64,000 bases of DNA, from positions 1-64,000 of the forward strand of contig JBCCQY010000042.1 in the NCBI GenBank assembly GCA_039208735.1. Reading direction: 5' to 3'. The position numbers and the translations under genes were made by a program. Each line of letters starts with the position of its first letter. Within the stretch, counting starts at the first letter, position 1. Shown here piece after piece: positions 8,925 through 18,410 of this stretch. This DNA is from Myxococcota bacterium (GTDB lineage Bacteria; Myxococcota_A; UBA796; GCA-2862545). The notes beneath the pieces are model-generated. The model saw only the letters and a list, made by a program, of their open reading frames with translations, was not told where the DNA came from and searched no databases.

Positions 8925-10727
8925 GTGAGCGAACAGGGCCCTTCGGCACAGAACCGTTACCGAACCCACGACGCCGGAACTCTCCGTGCGGACGATGTCG
9001 GTGCCACCGTGCAGGTTGCCGGCTGGGTGCACCGTCGGCGAGATCTCGGGGGACTCGTCTTCATCGATGTGCGAGACGCGACGGGGCTGGTCCAGGTTCG
9101 GGTGGATGCCGACTCGCCCATCGCACAGGCCGCTTCATCGCTCCGTTCCGAGACGGTGGTGAGCATCAAAGGCGAGGTTCTGGAGCGCGAGTCGAAGAAC
9201 CCCAAGATGGCCACCGGCGACATCGAAGTGATCGCCAGTGAACTCGAGGTGTTGTCTTCGCAGCCAGAGCCTCTGCCGGTCCAGGTGGCCAGTGACGCCG
9301 ACGTCAGCGAAGCCCAACGGCTGACCTACCGATTCCTCGATCTGCGGAAGGAACGGCTGCAAACCAACATCATGCTCCGCAACAACGTGGTCCGCAGCCT
9401 GCGCCAACGCATGTGGGCCCACGGCTTTCACGAGTTCCAAACGCCCATCCTTACGGCAAGTTCGCCGGAGGGAGCGCGCGACTACCTCGTCCCGAGCCGG
9501 CTGCATCCGGGCAAGTTCTACGCCCTGCCCCAGGCTCCCCAGCAGTTCAAGCAGCTGCTCATGGCATCGGGCTTTCCGCGGTACTTCCAGATTGCCCCTT
9601 GTTTTCGGGATGAGGCAGCCCGTGCCGACCGGTCGCCCGCCGAGTTTTACCAGCTCGACATGGAGATGGCCTTTGTCGAGCAGGACGATGTGTTCGCGGT
9701 GGCCGAAGACGTGCTGTACGGCATCTTCACCGAGTTTTCGAACCTCCCCGTCACCCCAACCCCGTTCGAGCGCATCCCCTACCGCGAAGCGATGCTCAAG
9801 TACGGCAGCGATAAGCCCGATCTGCGCATTCCGTTTGTCATCCACGATGTGACGGAAGCGCTGCGCAACACCGAATTCAGGCTCTTCGCAGGCCTCATCG
9901 CCGATGGCAACGTCGTACGAGCCATCCCCGTGCCCGGCATCGGCAAGAACTCCCGGAAGTTCTTCGATGGATTGGACGGATGGGTCAAGGACAACGGCGG
10001 CAAAGGCCTTGCATGGCTTGGCTTCGATGGCGAAAAGGTCAAGGGAAGCGTAGCCAAAGCCCTTTCGAGCGATGAGCACACCATGCTCAAGGGCCTGGGC
10101 GACGCAGCGAAGGACGGCGCCGTGTTGTTGCTGGCCGGCCCTGAAGAGGCCACCGCCAAGCTCGCTGGTCGCTTGCGAGTCGAGGTCGCCAAACAGGCCG
10201 AACTCATCGAGAAGGACCGCTTCCACTTCTGCTGGATCGTCGACTATCCGATGTTCGAACAGAACGAAGACACCGGGCAAATCGACTTTTCGCACAACCC
10301 GTTCTCGATGCCGCAGGGTGGCATCGAGGCCCTCGAGAACGACGATCCGCTGAACATCCTGGCCTATCAGTACGACATCGTGTGCAACGGTGTCGAGCTG
10401 TGCAGCGGAGCCATCCGAAACCACCGCCCTGACATCATGTACAAGGCGTTTGCCATCGCAGGTCACGGCCCCGAGGTCGTGGACGACAAATTCCCTTCGA
10501 TGATCAACGCCTTCAAGCATGGCGCACCGCCCCACGGCGGACTCGCCCCCGGGGTGGACCGCATCGTGATGCTGCTCGCAAACGAAGAGCGCATCAACGA
10601 GGTCATCGCGTTCCCCATGACCACCGCCGCTCAGGACCTGCTCATGGGAGCTCCCTCCGAGGTCACCGACCATCAGCTTGAAGAGCTGCACATCCGGGTC
10701 GTGATGCCCGAATCAAAGAAGGATTGA
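8925..10727 (+). CDS. aspS: Aspartate--tRNA ligase
   Basis: GWVHRRRDLGG, YRFLDLR, TPIL..SSPEGARDYLVPSR, ALPQAPQQFKQLLM, FRDE, GAPPHGG..GVDR; CAGGAG RBS before GTG. Confidence 0.98.
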   Translation: MSEQGPSAQNRYRTHDAGTLRADDVGATVQVAGWVHRRRDLGGLVFIDVRDATGLVQVRVDADSPIAQAASSLRSETVVSIKGEVLERESKNPKMATGDIEVIASELEVLSSQPEPLPVQVASDADVSEAQRLTYRFLDLRKERLQTNIMLRNNVVRSLRQRMWAHGFHEFQTPILTASSPEGARDYLVPSRLHPGKFYALPQAPQQFKQLLMASGFPRYFQIAPCFRDEAARADRSPAEFYQLDMEMAFVEQDDVFAVAEDVLYGIFTEFSNLPVTPTPFERIPYREAMLKYGSDKPDLRIPFVIHDVTEALRNTEFRLFAGLIADGNVVRAIPVPGIGKNSRKFFDGLDGWVKDNGGKGLAWLGFDGEKVKGSVAKALSSDEHTMLKGLGDAAKDGAVLLLAGPEEATAKLAGRLRVEVAKQAELIEKDRFHFCWIVDYPMFEQNEDTGQIDFSHNPFSMPQGGIEALENDDPLNILAYQYDIVCNGVELCSGAIRNHRPDIMYKAFAIAGHGPEVVDDKFPSMINAFKHGAPPHGGLAPGVDRIVMLLANEERINEVIAFPMTTAAQDLLMGAPSEVTDHQLEELHIRVVMPESKKD

Positions 10728-10733
10728 GGATCG

Positions 10734-12716
10734 ATGTCCGACGCGGAGGCCCAAATCGGACGGCTCATCGGGCGGCTCGTCAGCGGGCGCTACCGCGTCG
10801 TACGTCCTCTTGGCCGTGGCGGGTTCGGTACCGTCTACGAAGCGCAGGACGAAAACCCTGCACGAACCAGGCGTGTAGCCATGAAGGCGCTTCGGTTCGA
10901 CGTCTTTGAAGATCCCGAACGTGCCCGACGCTACCTGCGACGTGAGGTCGACCTGCTCGACCGCGTGTCGCACCCCAACATCGTGCGATTGTTCGACGTG
11001 GTCGAAGACCAGGGCAGCGTTTTCCTCATCATGGAACTGCTCCGGGGCCGCACTCTGGCCGAACGGCTCAACGACGGACCCCTCCCGCCCCCCGAAGCCC
11101 TTCGCCTCACGCTTGCAATCAGCGACGCGTTGTGGTCGTTGAACCGCGAAGACTGCGTGCACCGCGACGTCAAGCCCGCCAACATCTTCCTGGCCGATGA
11201 GGGAGGGCTCGAGTCGGTTCCGAAGCTCATGGACTTCGGGTTAGCCGCGGACCTCTTCGGCTCGATTCAGCAGAGTCGCGACAACGTTCTCGGCACGCTT
11301 GCCTACATGCCGCCAGAGGCCTTCCGCGAAGGTCCGCCCGACGACCGCTACGACGTGTGGTCGATGGGGGTGGTGCTCCATGAGATGCTGCTTGGCCGAA
11401 GGCCTTTTGGCGCGCCGGGCGACACCGAAGCCACGATCATCGGCAAGATTCTGAATGCCGATATTCCGCCGCTTTCCGGAATGCCTCGGCGCTGGGCTAC
11501 CCTGCTCCAAGACCGCTTGCTCGTGCGTAATCGTGCCGTGCGGGCCGACTTTGGGACCCTCATCAATTGGCTTAAGGCCGAATCGAAGGGCCGCCACGAG
11601 CTTCGAGTCGGCCACGGCTCGGTCAAGCATGTGGCCATGACGCGCCCGGCCGGCGACGGCCAGGAGCACTACGTCATTCGCAACGACGGAGGGCTTCGGG
11701 GCGCCCGCATCCTGGGCAATCCTTCGCGGGCCACCCTGCAGCATTCCTCGATCGAGTGGGCCCCCAGCGAGGACGACGAGTCCACGTCGTTCATGCTGCA
11801 GATGGGCCGGTGGTCCATCACCAACGGGGAGGTCCGAAAGGTGCTCGCCGGCCCCGCGGGCTCGGTCGAGTTCGCGTCGGTCGATCTGGGGCCGAGTTCC
11901 GGTCAAGCCTTGATCGCCGAATTGCTGGCGGCGGGCCTCGAAGACTTGTCGAAGACGACCCCAGGAACCGGGGCTCAACTCCGATTGGCCTGTGAACTCG
12001 ACGGTCGCCCCATCGACTGGGCCATTCCGTTGGGCGCGGCACCCGACCCGTCCGCGAGGGTGGGGGAACTCGCCTGGACCCGGCTCGCCGGTCCGCTCAA
12101 GGGCTCATTTGGTCCCGCACCTGCCGCGACGTTGCGCCTGCGAGGGCCGCTCCTCGCCACCGCACTGGCCGTCGCCGGGCTCCTGTCGATCGCCGTGATC
12201 AGCATGAGCTTGGCCATGTTGCTGAGCACGCAGCCCGAACCCGTCGCGGCGGTCGTGCCAGAGCCGGCTGCGCCCACCATTCCCGCAGCTCGACCGGTGC
12301 CCGAACCCGTCGTTGCCAAGCCCGATCCCACCCCGGCGGTGGCGCCCCCCCGCGTTGAGCCCAAGGCCGCCGCCGTGATCGCAAAGGCCGTTCAACCCTC
12401 CCCGCCGTTACCAACTCGACTCGCCGTCTCCCCTAACGAAGTCACACTCGTGAAATCCCAAACAGAGGTGACACTAAAGATCAGGGGAGAAGGGGCGAAT
12501 TGCCGCCAAGTGGCCATATCGGGCCCTCAGGGGCGCTCAATCGGAACCGCCGATCGAAGTGGTCAATCCGAGGTTCGCCTCGTTCTGCCGACGGACCTGT
12601 CGAAAACGCTTGAGGTGCGCGGGGCGGCCAACATCGGCTACCGGGTGCGATGCGCCGATCCCGAGACGGACTGGCAGTCTGGCTCACTGCGGGTCGAGCC
12701 GTTTCCCGAGTTTTGA
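10734..12716 (+). CDS. Membrane-anchored Ser/Thr protein kinase (Hanks type)
   Basis: GRGGFGTVY, VAMK, HRDVKPAN, DFG, GTLAYMPPE, DVWSMG; TM segment and Pro-rich linker near C-terminus. Confidence 0.93.
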   Translation: MSDAEAQIGRLIGRLVSGRYRVVRPLGRGGFGTVYEAQDENPARTRRVAMKALRFDVFEDPERARRYLRREVDLLDRVSHPNIVRLFDVVEDQGSVFLIMELLRGRTLAERLNDGPLPPPEALRLTLAISDALWSLNREDCVHRDVKPANIFLADEGGLESVPKLMDFGLAADLFGSIQQSRDNVLGTLAYMPPEAFREGPPDDRYDVWSMGVVLHEMLLGRRPFGAPGDTEATIIGKILNADIPPLSGMPRRWATLLQDRLLVRNRAVRADFGTLINWLKAESKGRHELRVGHGSVKHVAMTRPAGDGQEHYVIRNDGGLRGARILGNPSRATLQHSSIEWAPSEDDESTSFMLQMGRWSITNGEVRKVLAGPAGSVEFASVDLGPSSGQALIAELLAAGLEDLSKTTPGTGAQLRLACELDGRPIDWAIPLGAAPDPSARVGELAWTRLAGPLKGSFGPAPAATLRLRGPLLATALAVAGLLSIAVISMSLAMLLSTQPEPVAAVVPEPAAPTIPAARPVPEPVVAKPDPTPAVAPPRVEPKAAAVIAKAVQPSPPLPTRLAVSPNEVTLVKSQTEVTLKIRGEGANCRQVAISGPQGRSIGTADRSGQSEVRLVLPTDLSKTLEVRGAANIGYRVRCADPETDWQSGSLRVEPFPEF

Positions 12717-12731
12717 GTACGGAGGATCGCG

Positions 12732-13871
12732 ATGGCCATCGGTGTGGGATTCCTCGCGTGGGCCAGCATCGCTCAAGCCGCGGATTGCGATACGGCGCTT
12801 CAGGATGCCCGGTCCGCCGACCGAGCCAAAGCCTACGAAGACCTGCGGGAACTCGCAGAGAAAGCGGTGGCCTGTGACGCCGACGATCCGGTGGCCCACG
12901 CGCTCTTGGCCAAGGCCGCGGAGTACGAGGGAGACTGGGAAGCACAGCGGGTCGCGGCCTCCGTGGGCGAACGGTTGGGCACAAGCCCGGCCGTCACCTC
13001 GCGATTCGCCCAATCCCGGCGACGGGCTGAGACATTGGTCGCTCTCGACCAAGGCGATCCCGTTGTCGCCCGCCAACATCTCGATGAAGTCCGGCAAGCC
13101 CTTCCGGACGGAGACGTCGACGGCGCCCAGTGGACGGACGACCGTCAGGCCGAAATCCAGGCCCTGGAACAGGTCATGGCCGGCGAGACCTGCACGTTAG
13201 TGCCAACCCCATCTCCCGCCCCCACCGCCTCCGCGGCGCTCTTGGGGACCCAGCGCCGCCGGGCGCTCTATGCCGCGTGGTGTCAGGCCACCCGGGGCCT
13301 CGTTACGGCCGACCTCAATGCGGTCGAGCAGGCCTATGCCGAAGCCCTCAACGCCCCCCTCCCAAACGTCGCGGACGTGCTTCCCAAACAGCGCGCCGTG
13401 GTGGTCGCCAACCAGACGGGACGTCGCGAAGATGCCGTTGCGGCACTCGACGCGCTTGCCGCCTACCCGAACTACCCAGGGATGGCTTCGTTCATCGCGC
13501 GTCAACGCGACGCACTGCCTCCCGAACCCCCATCGAAGACCCGCAAAAGCCCCGTGGGGCCCATCGTGGCGGTGGCCGGTGGCGTGACCGCTCTGGTGGG
13601 CGGAGGCCTGTACCTGGTCGGTCGTCAGGAAGTGGCCAACCTGGTTGAAGGGCCCGAATGCACCGAACTCAGTGGCGGTGTGATTTGCACCGACGTGGGC
13701 AATCCGATGTTGGTCGAGGCACGCGATCGACAAGTCCTTGGGCGAACCGTCGCAGCCGTCGGAGGCGTGATCGCAGCAACGGGGCTCGGCATCCGCTTTT
13801 TCAGCGGCTCCAAAGCCCAGGCCGAGGTCAGCGCGTTGCCGGGCGGCGCTCGGTTGACCGTCACGTGGTAG
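12732..13871 (+). CDS. Secreted helical (TPR-like) hypothetical protein with C-terminal hydrophobic segments
   Basis: GGAGG RBS; signal peptide ending AQA; Ala-rich helical body; two Gly-rich hydrophobic stretches and terminal aromatic residue (LTVTW). Confidence 0.6.
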   Translation: MAIGVGFLAWASIAQAADCDTALQDARSADRAKAYEDLRELAEKAVACDADDPVAHALLAKAAEYEGDWEAQRVAASVGERLGTSPAVTSRFAQSRRRAETLVALDQGDPVVARQHLDEVRQALPDGDVDGAQWTDDRQAEIQALEQVMAGETCTLVPTPSPAPTASAALLGTQRRRALYAAWCQATRGLVTADLNAVEQAYAEALNAPLPNVADVLPKQRAVVVANQTGRREDAVAALDALAAYPNYPGMASFIARQRDALPPEPPSKTRKSPVGPIVAVAGGVTALVGGGLYLVGRQEVANLVEGPECTELSGGVICTDVGNPMLVEARDRQVLGRTVAAVGGVIAATGLGIRFFSGSKAQAEVSALPGGARLTVTW

Positions 13872-14934
13872 GCGGCGTGTAGCCCAGACGAGCGATCGCT
13901 TCAGGAGGGGCCAGGCCAATCGTCGCCAGGGTGGCCATGGCCCAGGTTCCCGCAAGAACCGGCGGCCCATAGCGCGAATCCGGGCTCCGAAGATCGGGAA
14001 GCGGCGCCACAAGGCAGTCCGGTCGCAGGTGCACGAAATGGGCGAGGCTCGTCCGCGCGTAGCCTGGCACCCCAGGCGGCACGATGCCATGGGGGGTCGC
14101 GAGGAATCGACCGTCCGAGAGCACTTCGAGCTGCTGCCCAACCTGAGCGACGAGGCAGCCGGCTGGCGGCCGTCCCGAGACCTTCCGGCCCTGGGGATGC
14201 GCGGCCGTCGGCCGAGTGCGGAGGTAGAGTCCGCCTCGATCCGCGGGAGGCGCCACCGGGGACCCCTCCCGAAAGAACCGACCTCCGGGCAGCAAGGTGA
14301 GCAGGTTGAAGTCGGTGTGTTCCTCTCCCCACAACACCCGAGGTTGAGCCCGGATCTGCGCCTCATCGAGGGGCAAGTACTGGAGTAGCCGGCTCACATG
14401 CGCGGCCCCTTCGGTCCGCGTGGCAAAGGTTGACGAGTCCACCCCCAGCGCCCGTGCGCAACCCCGTAGCAAGGCGTCTCCGACCCGCTGGAGTGCCTGG
14501 CCGATCGCGAGGAGATGCTCCCGAAAGGCGGGCGCCTCCGCTGGCCACACGTTGGGGGCGAACAACTCGGGCCAAGGGCGTCGGGCCTCGGGGTCGAGGG
14601 GCAACGGGGCGGCAAAGAAGCACTCCTTGAAGTCCGGCTGGCCCCCCGCGGCCACGGCCTGCTCGGTGTTGGGCGGGGTCCAGCCGCGCTGGTACCAAAC
14701 CTTTCGGCCGCCCCAACTGGCTTTCTCGTCGCGTGGTCTCGCCAAAACATCGAGGAATGACGCGTACAACGCCTCGAGCATGGCCCCGGCAATCGGCGCC
14801 CCACGAACATAGACGAGACCGAATTCGCCGAATCCTTTCGCAATCGCTTGCACGACGCTTGGATCGTCTCTTCCGAGGTCGGCGTATTCGATCACGGGTA
14901 CCGACGATTCGTCGTACGACGATTCCTTAGACAT
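13861..14934 (-). CDS. 2OG-Fe(II) oxygenase, isopenicillin N synthase family
   Basis: DIOX_N-like FGLVYV, PDFKE, PNVWP; HTD...H iron triad (EHTDFNLLTLL, ATPHGI) and RxS (RTS). Confidence 0.88.
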   Translation of the reverse strand: MSKESSYDESSVPVIEYADLGRDDPSVVQAIAKGFGEFGLVYVRGAPIAGAMLEALYASFLDVLARPRDEKASWGGRKVWYQRGWTPPNTEQAVAAGGQPDFKECFFAAPLPLDPEARRPWPELFAPNVWPAEAPAFREHLLAIGQALQRVGDALLRGCARALGVDSSTFATRTEGAAHVSRLLQYLPLDEAQIRAQPRVLWGEEHTDFNLLTLLPGGRFFREGSPVAPPADRGGLYLRTRPTAAHPQGRKVSGRPPAGCLVAQVGQQLEVLSDGRFLATPHGIVPPGVPGYARTSLAHFVHLRPDCLVAPLPDLRSPDSRYGPPVLAGTWAMATLATIGLAPPEAIARLGYTPPTT

Positions 14935-15013
14935 GATGGGGACTCCCGAGCCCTGCTCGGGCCACGTGACCCGACAAGCGCTACGGTCCTGGCGAGGGTA
15001 TTTTGCCACAGCA

Positions 15014-16645
15014 ATGACGGATCCGACCGCCACACGGCCCGTTCCCCAACTCGGGGATGGCCGCTTCCTGATTGTCAATACGCTCGGGGACGGCGGAACG
15101 GCCACCGTTTATCTAGCCTTTGATATGGCCGCGCGGGAATGGGTCGCCCTCAAGGCGCTGCAGAAGAAGTACATCGACGACGAGGAGATGCGACGGCGCT
15201 TCTCGTTCGAGGCCCGGGCGCTCGAACTGCTCCCGCACCCCAACATCCCACGACTCATTCACTACGCCCCGGACAGTCGCCCCCCATTCTTGGCGATGGA
15301 GCTGGCACGTTGCGGATCGGCGATGGACTGGGTGCGCAAGCACGGACCCATGCCTCCCACCATGGCCTGCGACGTCATCTGCCAGGTTTGCGATGCGGTG
15401 GCCGAAGCCCATTCTCAAGGCATGATCCACCGTGACATCAAGCCTCACAACGTGCTGCTTGATGACACGGGCGTTTGCAAGCTCACGGACTTCGGGATTG
15501 CCCGCCTCAACAGCGCCACCTCGCTCACCGCAACCGGCAGCCAGATCGGCACGTTTTCGTTCATGGCGCCTGAACAACGGTCCGATACGAAGGCCGTCGA
15601 CACCCGAGCGGACATCTACTCGCTGGGCTCGAGCTTCTACACCTTGCTCACGGGCCGGACCTCGGCCGAGTTGTTCGTCGCCGAAAGCGATGACAGCCTC
15701 ATGAACACCGTGCCCGAAGTGCTGCGGCCCATCATCCTGACCGCAACGCGCTACCAACCCGACGAGCGCTACGCATCCGCCGTAGAGCTTCGGGCCGCGG
15801 TCCTCGAAGCGCTGCCCAACCTGCCACCACCCTCGCCCGAAAGCCCGCCTTTGGTGCCGAAACTCGATGTGTTACCCGGCGGTCCACCATCGCGCATTCC
15901 CGTGAGCCGCACCTTCCCCGAACTCGAGGGACTGGCTGCCCCACGGGCTGACGGAGAAAGCAGCCACCACCACACCCAGCCCACCGGCTCAGGGTGGTCG
16001 TCGCTGCCCTATCGCATGCCCAACCGAGGCCGTGGGCATCGGCGCGTCCGGTCTGGAGAACTCGTCGCTCCAGCGATGCTGTCGCCGCAGAACAACGCGA
16101 GCCCAAAGTCCCTCACCCCAAAGCCACAACCGCAGGCCTACATTCCTGCGCCCCCGCCGCTCCGTCCGCATGACCCTGAGTTGCCGAGTGCTGTGCCCTT
16201 CGCGATTCAGGCCACCGCCCTGCTTTTGGCGCTGGTGGGGCTCATGGGCATGTTCGTCATGGGAGTGCTCGGGGCCGGGGCGTTGTCGGTGATGTTGGCC
16301 CAGTGGGCGGCCGACGAGAAAGCCACCGAACTGCTCACCACGGTCCAAAACCAAGTCACCCTCCTCGACCGAATCAAGGGTGACCCGACCCAGGTCGAGT
16401 CTGCATTTGAGCGCTTCCGCGAGGCCAAGGGCGAAGAGCAAGTCAAAGCGGCCATCGCGTTCGTCGCCGCCCTAGAGCAAGCCGAGCAGCGCAGGGTGCT
16501 TGAACAGGCGGCGGCTCCGGAGGTCAACGCCCTGCGGGGCGCCCGGGATGCCTACCTGCGCGCCCGGCAAGCCTGGGCATCATCGATCACCAGGTTTCCC
16601 GGTCGCATCGCCCATGGGTGGGGCGTGGTCCGAGGTCCTCAGTAA
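15014..16645 (+). CDS. Membrane-anchored Ser/Thr protein kinase
   Basis: GDGGTATVY, VALK, HRDIKPHN, DFGIA, GTFSFMAPEQ, DIYSLG; TM followed by a LemA-like helical tail (FPGRIA). Confidence 0.93.
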   Translation: MTDPTATRPVPQLGDGRFLIVNTLGDGGTATVYLAFDMAAREWVALKALQKKYIDDEEMRRRFSFEARALELLPHPNIPRLIHYAPDSRPPFLAMELARCGSAMDWVRKHGPMPPTMACDVICQVCDAVAEAHSQGMIHRDIKPHNVLLDDTGVCKLTDFGIARLNSATSLTATGSQIGTFSFMAPEQRSDTKAVDTRADIYSLGSSFYTLLTGRTSAELFVAESDDSLMNTVPEVLRPIILTATRYQPDERYASAVELRAAVLEALPNLPPPSPESPPLVPKLDVLPGGPPSRIPVSRTFPELEGLAAPRADGESSHHHTQPTGSGWSSLPYRMPNRGRGHRRVRSGELVAPAMLSPQNNASPKSLTPKPQPQAYIPAPPPLRPHDPELPSAVPFAIQATALLLALVGLMGMFVMGVLGAGALSVMLAQWAADEKATELLTTVQNQVTLLDRIKGDPTQVESAFERFREAKGEEQVKAAIAFVAALEQAEQRRVLEQAAAPEVNALRGARDAYLRARQAWASSITRFPGRIAHGWGVVRGPQ

Positions 16646-17583
16646 GGCCATACCAGCGTGAAGATGCGTTGCATGGTCATGGCCATGGCAAGGCCACCGA
16701 TGAGGTAGGCCACGGCCATTCGCGAGCGCTCCACACGAATCCCCAGCGCGTACGACAGCAGACCAAACGCCGCCACGATGGCGATCTGCCCGAGTTCGAT
16801 GCCTCCGTTGAAGGCAATGACAGACGCGAGGACCTCGGTTCGGGGAAGACCCAGTTCGGCCAGGGCCCCGCCAAATCCCGCCCCATGGACCAAGCCCAGG
16901 CCGGCGGCAAGGCTCTCGGGATGACGGACCAACCATCCGCGCCCCGGCGCTTCGTCCTCGCGGACCAGCTCCATCGCGAGCCACACCAAGGAAAGGGCGA
17001 TGAGCAATTCCACGATCGCGATGGGCCCTCCGCGTCCCGTCGCGACGATGGCCAAGGTGAGGCTGTGGCCAAGCGTAAATGCAGACAACGTCCACACCAG
17101 GCGGCGCGTGAAGCCGATCAGCCACGTCAGGCCGACGATGAGCAAGCCGTGGTCGAGGCCCTCCAGCAAGTGAAGGACGCCAAAACCAAGAAATGCGGAC
17201 CACGGCGTCTCGGTTGCGAACAGCGGCACCGCGGGCGTTTGCGCGGTGAGGAGATGGCGGCTCACCAACTCGTCGTGATGTACCGTAAGCACGACGTCGA
17301 CCGGCGCTGCGTCAAGCCCCTCGACGCCCACCAAGACCTCGGCCAGGCCGTCATCGCAGTACACGTGGCGGGACTGAGTGACCCAAGCATTGTCGACCAC
17401 CGAAGGTCCAGGCGTCACCTTGCACCTTTCGCCGACCCAAGGCGTCAACTCGGTCCCCACAGGACGTCGCGTGGGTTCTCGAAACACCACCTCGACGTGG
17501 TTCGCATCGATCACCTCGACCTCAAGCGCGGCGGGGGCCAGCGGATGAGCCCCTGCCATGGTCGCCCAAAGCGCCGCAATCAC
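16639..17583 (-). CDS. HupE/UreJ family membrane protein
   Basis: GVLHLLEGLDH, FTLGHSLTL, GLVHGAGF, FNGGIELGQ motifs; GTG at 17583 overlaps upstream stop. Confidence 0.88.
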   Translation of the reverse strand: MIAALWATMAGAHPLAPAALEVEVIDANHVEVVFREPTRRPVGTELTPWVGERCKVTPGPSVVDNAWVTQSRHVYCDDGLAEVLVGVEGLDAAPVDVVLTVHHDELVSRHLLTAQTPAVPLFATETPWSAFLGFGVLHLLEGLDHGLLIVGLTWLIGFTRRLVWTLSAFTLGHSLTLAIVATGRGGPIAIVELLIALSLVWLAMELVREDEAPGRGWLVRHPESLAAGLGLVHGAGFGGALAELGLPRTEVLASVIAFNGGIELGQIAIVAAFGLLSYALGIRVERSRMAVAYLIGGLAMAMTMQRIFTLVWPY

Positions 17584-18410
17584 GGCGTCACCACGTCGAT
17601 GCGCCATTGCTGCCCGAGGCGCTTGAGCCGGCGAGCCCGCCGCCGAGGGGCTTGGGTCGCGTGCCAGTCGGCCCGAACCGCGGCCCGTACCTCGTCGAGC
17701 CTTGGGGGCACCTCACGTCGTTCCACCACCTTGACGAACCACGCTCCATCGCCCGTACGCAATGCAGGGCTCCAGACCCCCACAGGGGCTTCGATCACGG
17801 CCTCCACGACCCGATGGTCCAATCGCGACCTCAAGCGCGGCAGCGGTGCCGTGAGAGGAGATCGCACCGCCAAGGGCAAGGGGTCGGTTTCGACCTCCAT
17901 CCCATCGACGAGGGCTTGCGTGGTTGTCGCGATGACCGCATCCAACGCACGCCCATGACGGACCTTGGACCGGTAACGGAGTTCCAGCGTATACAACGGA
18001 GGATTAGCAAACCGCTCCGCGTGGGCCGCCAGATGGGCCTCGAGCGTAGGTTCATCGGGGTCGGGACCGGACACCAGAGCACGTTCAGCCCGATCGAGGA
18101 GCCGACTCCGCACCACCCGATCCGTACGGTGCAGCCCTAAGGCTCGTGCGCCTGCCCACAGCACCCTCGGATCCGCATCCGGCTGCTGGGTGGCCTCGCC
18201 GTAGACCTTCGTGAGGTGTCGCTGGATGACCAGATCAGACTCGATCCAGCCAAGGCGCTCCGCTTCGGCGAGCAACAACGCCTCTTCAATGGCTTGTTCG
18301 GGGGAGCCCCCTGGGGGCACCACCACCTCAAGCCGAGGCGCAGGGGTGAACCCCCAACGCAACGCCAGCCAACCGAGACCGAGGAGGGTGAAATGGAGGA
18401 GCCTGGTCAT
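17580..18410 (-). CDS. PpiC/parvulin-type peptidyl-prolyl isomerase-like protein
   Basis: LLHF..LG N-terminus, EEALLLAEA..LG...D.VI, WSPALRT..GAWFVKV, LDEVRAAVRADW; lies between DUF3604 and HupE genes. Confidence 0.72.
   Translation of the reverse strand: MTRLLHFTLLGLGWLALRWGFTPAPRLEVVVPPGGSPEQAIEEALLLAEAERLGWIESDLVIQRHLTKVYGEATQQPDADPRVLWAGARALGLHRTDRVVRSRLLDRAERALVSGPDPDEPTLEAHLAAHAERFANPPLYTLELRYRSKVRHGRALDAVIATTTQALVDGMEVETDPLPLAVRSPLTAPLPRLRSRLDHRVVEAVIEAPVGVWSPALRTGDGAWFVKVVERREVPPRLDEVRAAVRADWHATQAPRRRARRLKRLGQQWRIDVVTP

Noticed and set aside
7262..10691. Long minus-strand ORFs 7262-8767 and 9135-10691
   Set aside because: Antisense to well-supported genes (lipoprotein paralogue, aspS)
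13861..14934. IPNS-like oxygenase as sign of a beta-lactam or other biosynthetic cluster
   Set aside because: No NRPS/PKS or tailoring genes nearby; the family is widespread as stand-alone genes
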